This document shows positions 28,167 to 32,000 of a stretch of DNA of 32,000 nucleotides, in pieces. This DNA is from Nitrosococcus oceani ATCC 19707. Its GTDB lineage: Bacteria > Pseudomonadota > Gammaproteobacteria > Nitrosococcales > Nitrosococcaceae. Both the position numbers and the translations under genes were made by a program. Each line of letters opens with the position of its first letter. Within the stretch, counting starts at the first letter, position 1. The notes under the pieces are model-generated. The model searched no databases. It was given only the letters and a program-made list of their open reading frames with translations, and was not told the origin of the DNA. The stretch covers positions 1,260,001-1,292,000 of the forward strand of contig NC_007484.1 of NCBI RefSeq assembly GCF_000012805.1, in the 5' to 3' direction.

Positions 28167-28502
28167 GTGAATTTTTTTATTGCTGATGCCTGGGCCCAGG
28201 GTGGCCCACCGCCAGGAGCGCCTGGAGATTTCTGGGTACCCTTGCTCATATTTTCCACCATTTTCCTCGTTTATTATTTACTTGCAATACGGCCACGGTT
28301 AAAGCGTCATAAAGAGCGCCTTCGTATGCTGGCATCCGTGAATAAAGGCGATGAGATCATCACTAACGGAGGCTTATTAGGACGGATTCTCCAAGTAGGT
28401 GATAATTTTCTACTGTTAGAATTATCGGAAGGAATGGAAGTTAAAGTTGAAAAAAGCGCGGTATCTAGAGTGGTCCCCAAGGGGACGGCAAAGAGTTTAT
28501 AG
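28167..28502 (+). CDS. yajC: preprotein translocase accessory subunit YajC
   Basis: 111 aa with a GTG start. It has a single TM followed by [35 protein letters not shown]......LEL..G..VKV.KSAV, the typical YajC pattern. Confidence 0.85.
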   Translation: MNFFIADAWAQGGPPPGAPGDFWVPLLIFSTIFLVYYLLAIRPRLKRHKERLRMLASVNKGDEIITNGGLLGRILQVGDNFLLLELSEGMEVKVEKSAVSRVVPKGTAKSL

Positions 28503-28515
28503 CCCATCCAGAAAA

Positions 28516-28541
28516 AGGCCCGCCAAGTAAATGGTGGGCCT
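28516..28541 (+). terminator. stem-loop between yajC and dcd (possible weak terminator/attenuator)
   Basis: AGGCCCGCC-aagtaaat-GGTGGGCCT forms a 9-bp stem with one G-U pair. There is no clear U tract afterwards, so factor-independent termination is uncertain. Confidence 0.35.
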
Positions 28542-28561
28542 ACATTGTTGCACTCCATAAA

Positions 28562-29128
28562 ATGAGTATTAAATCCGATAAGTGGATTCGTTACATGGCG
28601 CAAGCACACGGCATAATAGAGCCCTTCGAGCCGCGTCAGATCCGGGAAGCCAATAATGCCCGCATTATTTCTTATGGCACTTCAAGTTATGGCTATGATA
28701 TTCGGTGTTCTAATGAGTTTAAGATTTTTACCAATATCAACTCGGCTGTTGTAGATCCTAAGAATTTTGACGCTAGCAGTTTTGTGGATGTGCAGTCCGA
28801 TGTTTGCATTATTCCCCCTAATTCTTTTGCATTAGCGCGAACAGTTGAATATTTTCGCATTCCCCGTAGCGTGCTTACCATTTGCTTGGGGAAATCGACT
28901 TATGCCCGTTGCGGGATCATTGTTAACATTACCCCTTTGGAACCAGAGTGGGAAGGGCACGTGACCTTGGAATTTTCCAATACAACTCCTCTACCAGCTA
29001 AAGTTTACGCTAACGAAGGAGTCGCTCAGGTGGTATTTTTCGAGTCGGATGAGCTTTGCGAGACCTCATATCGGGATCGTAGCGGCAAATACCAGGGCCA
29101 AACTGGCGTTACGCTTCCAAAGGCTTAA
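28562..29128 (+). CDS. dcd: dCTP deaminase
   Basis: 188 aa. [20 protein letters not shown]......[23 protein letters not shown] and the [30 protein letters not shown] are near-canonical Dcd sequence. Confidence 0.95.
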   Translation: MSIKSDKWIRYMAQAHGIIEPFEPRQIREANNARIISYGTSSYGYDIRCSNEFKIFTNINSAVVDPKNFDASSFVDVQSDVCIIPPNSFALARTVEYFRIPRSVLTICLGKSTYARCGIIVNITPLEPEWEGHVTLEFSNTTPLPAKVYANEGVAQVVFFESDELCETSYRDRSGKYQGQTGVTLPKA

Positions 29129-29741
29129 TCCAAACAATTTGTTCGCCTTCAAGGCGTATTTTTTTCTCCGCAAAAGCCCGTATTGCCTTAGGATAAATTC
29201 GATGTTCCTCTCGCAAGATTCGTGCGGCTAAGGTTTCAGCGGTATCTTCAGGGTAGACTGGAATTCGGGCTTGCAAGATAATTGGGCCTCCATCGACTTT
29301 ATCGGTGACGAAATGGACGCTGGCGCCGTGTTCCCTCATTCCTGCTAGGAGTACGCGACGGTGGGTATCTAAGCCAGGAAAATTCGGCAAAAGAGACGGG
29401 TGAATGTTGATCAGATGTCCCTGATAGTGACGGACAAACTCACTGGTTAAGATGCGCATAAAGCCGGCGAGTACCACTAATTTAGGCGTGTAGCTGTCAA
29501 TTATCTTCATCAAGGCCCTGTCAAAAGTTTCCCGGTTAGGATAATGGCGATGATCAAGAACTTGGGTTTCGATCCCTGCGCGGTGGGCCCGTTCGAGACC
29601 CTGCGCTTGGGCGTTGTTACTGATAACGGCGCGGATTTCTACTGGTAATTGCCCAGTTTGAGATTGATCGAGAATAGCTTGGAGATTGCTGCCCCGTCCA
29701 GAAATGAGAACCACGATGGGTAAGCGTTGGGTAGAGGTCAC
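29109..29741 (-). CDS. purN: phosphoribosylglycinamide formyltransferase
   Basis: 210 aa with a GTG start overlapping the purM stop (GTGA). Motifs: [31 protein letters not shown] and HFVT...DGGPII. Confidence 0.95.
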   Translation of the reverse strand: MTSTQRLPIVVLISGRGSNLQAILDQSQTGQLPVEIRAVISNNAQAQGLERAHRAGIETQVLDHRHYPNRETFDRALMKIIDSYTPKLVVLAGFMRILTSEFVRHYQGHLINIHPSLLPNFPGLDTHRRVLLAGMREHGASVHFVTDKVDGGPIILQARIPVYPEDTAETLAARILREEHRIYPKAIRAFAEKKIRLEGEQIVWIKPLEA

Positions 29742-30814
29742 AAGGGGTTCCCCGTGTTAAAGGCTACTCTCTGCCCATCACTTGTTTGAGGAACAATTCG
29801 TCCTATCAACCAGGCGGATTCGCCCCTGTCTTTTAAAAATTCTAGGGCTTGTTCAGTATCTGCTTGATCTACGCAGACCACCATGCCAATTCCGCAATTA
29901 AAAGTACGATAGAGCTCCTGCTCAGAGAGATTACCTTCTCTTTGCAGCCAATCGAAAATAGGCAGGCGTGGCCAGCGGGACGTATCGATTTCAGCGCTAA
30001 GCATTGGGGGGAGCACCCGGGGTAAATTTTCTGGCAACCCGCCCCCAGTGATATGGGCTAAGGCATGTATTTCAATAACTTCCAGCAGCTGTAGCAGGGG
30101 TTTGACGTAGATGCGGGTAGGGGTCAACAAGGCATCGCCTAGGGTCTGGTCCGCCAAGGGGCTATTTAGTGAGTAGCGGCTGCGTTCCAGAATTTTGCGG
30201 ATCAGAGAATAGCCGTTGGCGTGAGGCCCGGAAGAGGCGATTCCAATAAGATGATCGCCAGCCTGTACCTGACTCCCATCAATAAGACGTTCCTTTTCTA
30301 CTACCCCGACACAAAAACCGGCAAGGTCATAATCACCTGCTTGGTAAATTCCTGGCATCTCCGCCGTCTCTCCACCCACTAGTGCTACCCCGGCCAATTC
30401 GCAGCCATGGGCAATGCCTTCGATGATTTCGGCGGCAATATCAACTTCTAATCGGCCTGTAGCGTAATAATCCAGAAAAAATAACGGTTCGGCTCCCTGG
30501 ACAATGATGTCGTTGGCGCACATGGCAACCAGATCGATCCCAATGCTATCGTGACGATTGAGCTGAATAGCAAGTTTGAGTTTTGTACCCACGCCATCGG
30601 TGCCCGCCACCAGTACGGGATGCTGGTAACGATGGATGGGTAGCTCGAATAAGCTGCCGAATCCTCCTAGGCTAGTTAATACGCCAGGGCGGGTGGTTCT
30701 ATTCGCAGCAGGTTTTATCCGCTGGATAAGTTGATTACCGGCATCGATATCAACCCCAGCGTCGCGGTAGCTTAAAGGTGAATGAGAAGAGGGAGGCAGT
30801 TTCTTTTTACTCAT
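29738..30814 (-). CDS. purM: phosphoribosylformylglycinamidine cyclo-ligase (AIR synthetase)
   Basis: 358 aa. Motifs: [33 protein letters not shown] and [13 protein letters not shown]. Confidence 0.95.
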   Translation of the reverse strand: MSKKKLPPSSHSPLSYRDAGVDIDAGNQLIQRIKPAANRTTRPGVLTSLGGFGSLFELPIHRYQHPVLVAGTDGVGTKLKLAIQLNRHDSIGIDLVAMCANDIIVQGAEPLFFLDYYATGRLEVDIAAEIIEGIAHGCELAGVALVGGETAEMPGIYQAGDYDLAGFCVGVVEKERLIDGSQVQAGDHLIGIASSGPHANGYSLIRKILERSRYSLNSPLADQTLGDALLTPTRIYVKPLLQLLEVIEIHALAHITGGGLPENLPRVLPPMLSAEIDTSRWPRLPIFDWLQREGNLSEQELYRTFNCGIGMVVCVDQADTEQALEFLKDRGESAWLIGRIVPQTSDGQRVAFNTGNPL

Positions 30815-31404
30815 AAATTCTTAGGCGCGGGACTGCCGACTTTAGGTGTCAGAGGAAGCGCCCTTGTCCTCCAAGTATTAAAAGTTAAAAAACGACAATC
30901 GGCAGGCTTAGCGTTCTGGCAGAGCCTTCTTCCGCTTGCCACCGCGTGTAAACTGATGCGGTCTTTCAAACATCCCCCTACATAAGCCAGCCCCCATTTT
31001 GGATGTTTCACTAAACTGCCACGCTTAAATCCATGGCTGAGCGTGCCGCCGTAGGGCTTACGAATACCGCCTTTTGAAAATTGCAGCCGATGCAATTGGC
31101 GGCGATGAAAGCGCAGCGGCGTGATGCATAGCAGTTGTTTGTTGTCAGGATACGTATGTCCACCTGTCCACCCATTCGCCAGCACCCAACTATCCACGCA
31201 ATGAGCTTCAAAAACTTCCGCCATCTTTCGCTTCGTCTTTTTAAGCCCAATCCCATCCCGGAGCTCCTTGGTCTCGTAACCCTGCTTGGTTTCCACCTGT
31301 GCTATCGTCTTCAGTTCGTCGTAAAACCATTGAAGGAGTACAGGGATGTACGACGCCCCCCTAGCGACGATGCGAAGTGAAACGGCGCACGGAACGCGAG
31401 GGCC
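30811..31404 (-). pseudogene. IscB-like (RRXRR/HNH OMEGA nuclease) C-terminal remnant: RuvC-III + TID-like region only
   Basis: The frame is open from 31407 to the TGA at 30811-30813. ..YIPVLLQWFYDELKTIAQVETKQGYETKELRDGIGLKK....EAHCVDSWVLA...ITPLRFHRRQLHRLQFSKGGIRKPYGG..HGFKRGSLVKH.KWGLAYVGG....RISLH parallels the IscB C-terminal third as I remember it (GxxTKxxRxxxGLxKxHxxDA; RRHxRQ; GF..D.V). PLMP, RuvC-I/II and HNH are absent. There is no SD before the track GTG start at 31296. Confidence 0.6.
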
Positions 31405-31407
31405 GCA

Positions 31408-31560
31408 TTACTTTCGTTTCGCCATGGATTCGCGTTTTGCGTCATTGGCCAGCACCGTCTCGACCAAATTCGATAGCGTTCTGTTTTCCCCCTTAGCCAA
31501 CGCTTGAAGTTGATTTTTGAGCTCAGAATCGATACGAACATTGAGTAACTCCCTAGCCAT
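31408..31560 (-). CDS. ribbon-helix-helix (Arc/CopG-type) DNA-binding protein, 50 aa (too short for the supplied ORF track)
   Basis: My own translation of the reverse strand gives MARELLNVRIDSELKNQLQALAKGENRTLSNLVETVLANDAKRESMAKRK followed by a stop. It has the beta-strand (LNVRID) - helix - G.N.T turn - helix pattern of RHH repressors/antitoxins. The SD is weak. Confidence 0.55.
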   Translation of the reverse strand: MARELLNVRIDSELKNQLQALAKGENRTLSNLVETVLANDAKRESMAKRK

Positions 31561-31595
31561 TTGATAGCACCATACAATGGTTGTACAGTTGACGT

Positions 31596-32000
31596 ATGAT
31601 AATACAATGCGCCTATAAGTTCAGGTTTTACCCAACGCCCACGCAAAAGCGGCAATTGGCCCTTGAGTTTGGCCATGCCCGTTATGTGTGGAATTGGGCC
31701 TTGGAAACCCGAACGAAGGCGTATCAAGCGCAGGGGGAGTCGTCGAATACTATAAGTCTTAGTCGCCAATTGACGGCACTGAAAAAGACGCAATGCCCCT
31801 GGTTGAGCGAAGCCACCGCTAGTTGCCATACCCAAAAGCTCAGGGACCAAGATACGGCCTTCAGGAACTTTTTCGCAGGTCGAGCGAAGTATCCCCGCTT
31901 TAAGAAGCGCCACCACACGCAATCGGTACGCTATCAGTTGGACCAACGCCATGTGGCGAAGAACTTCAACGCTGAAAGCAAGCTGTTGAAGCTGCCCAAG
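31596..32000 (+). CDS. tnpB: tnpB (IS200/IS605-family OMEGA RNA-guided nuclease), N-terminal 135 codons; continues beyond the window
   Basis: My own translation from ATG 31596, with an in-frame TGA at 31590: MIIQCAYKFRFYPTPTQKRQLALEFGHARYVWNWALETRTKAYQAQGE...LTALKKTQCPWLSEATASCHTQKLRDQDTAFRNFFAGRAKYPRFKKRHHTQSVRYQ...LLKLPK. This is the canonical TnpB N-terminus (YKFR.YPT..Q...L...FG..R.V.N; L.DLD.AF.NFF....YP.FK). The track lacks it because the ORF has no stop inside the window. Confidence 0.85.
   Translation, partial: MIIQCAYKFRFYPTPTQKRQLALEFGHARYVWNWALETRTKAYQAQGESSNTISLSRQLTALKKTQCPWLSEATASCHTQKLRDQDTAFRNFFAGRAKYPRFKKRHHTQSVRYQLDQRHVAKNFNAESKLLKLPK

Noticed and set aside
29109-29128. 20-nt convergent 3' overlap of dcd and purN.
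   Set aside because: The overlap is real but ordinary for compact bacterial genomes, and there is no sign of any special function.
31311-31952. 213-aa minus-strand ORF (and 31724-31918) at the right edge.
   Set aside because: It is R/L-rich and not protein-like. The region is better explained by the RHH gene (another minus frame) and by tnpB on the plus strand, whose translation carries canonical TnpB motifs.
1-32000. CRISPR arrays, rRNA genes, integrases, or long tandem repeats.
   Set aside because: My reading of both strands found no regularly spaced direct repeats, no rRNA-like sequence and no tyrosine- or serine-recombinase motifs.

Overview
About 50 % GC proteobacterial chromosome. The gene order looks gammaproteobacterial, and my unverified impression is Chromatiales/Nitrosococcus-like.

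Core blocks:
- 1-5.2 kb: the tail of a PLP enzyme, yjbQ, an alpha/beta hydrolase, tRNA-Gly(CCC), an SGNH lipase, a retropepsin-like protease and an S9 peptidase.
- 14.2-26.5 kb: katE, a Tat-signal deaminase, an orphan histidine kinase, DUF1841, nth, rnfE-G-D-C-B (no rnfA), an SLC13 permease and a CPXCG protein.
- 27.7-30.8 kb: an exported protein, yajC, dcd, purN and purM.

Three accessory patches interrupt the core.

(1) 5.2-14.1 kb is a type I restriction-modification island in advanced decay.
- hsdM has lost its AdoMet-binding core through an internal deletion.
- hsdR carries three frame-breaking lesions.
- The trailing DUF45/M48-like peptidase has an internal deletion.
- hsdS and two translationally coupled cargo genes wedged between hsdS and hsdR are intact: a DUF3800-like protein and an unassignable 154-aa protein.
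- That cargo pair is my best candidate for an undescribed defence or toxin-type module.
- An orphan hsdS tail and an orphan HicB-like gene sit at the left edge.
- A 10-bp direct repeat brackets the island.

(2) 26.5-27.6 kb holds an internally deleted IS200/IS605-family tnpB derivative that keeps a strong left-side hairpin and the tnpB 3' end. It abuts a truncated, stop-containing DUF2064 pseudogene.

(3) 30.8-32.0 kb has three elements.
- An N-terminally truncated IscB-like (RuvC-III/TID) remnant whose stop overlaps the purM ATG.
- An unannotated 50-aa ribbon-helix-helix gene.
- A divergently oriented tnpB that begins at 31596 and runs off the window. It is absent from the ORF track.

No CRISPR array, rRNA or integrase is visible. 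All homology calls come from motif recognition by eye, not from searches.
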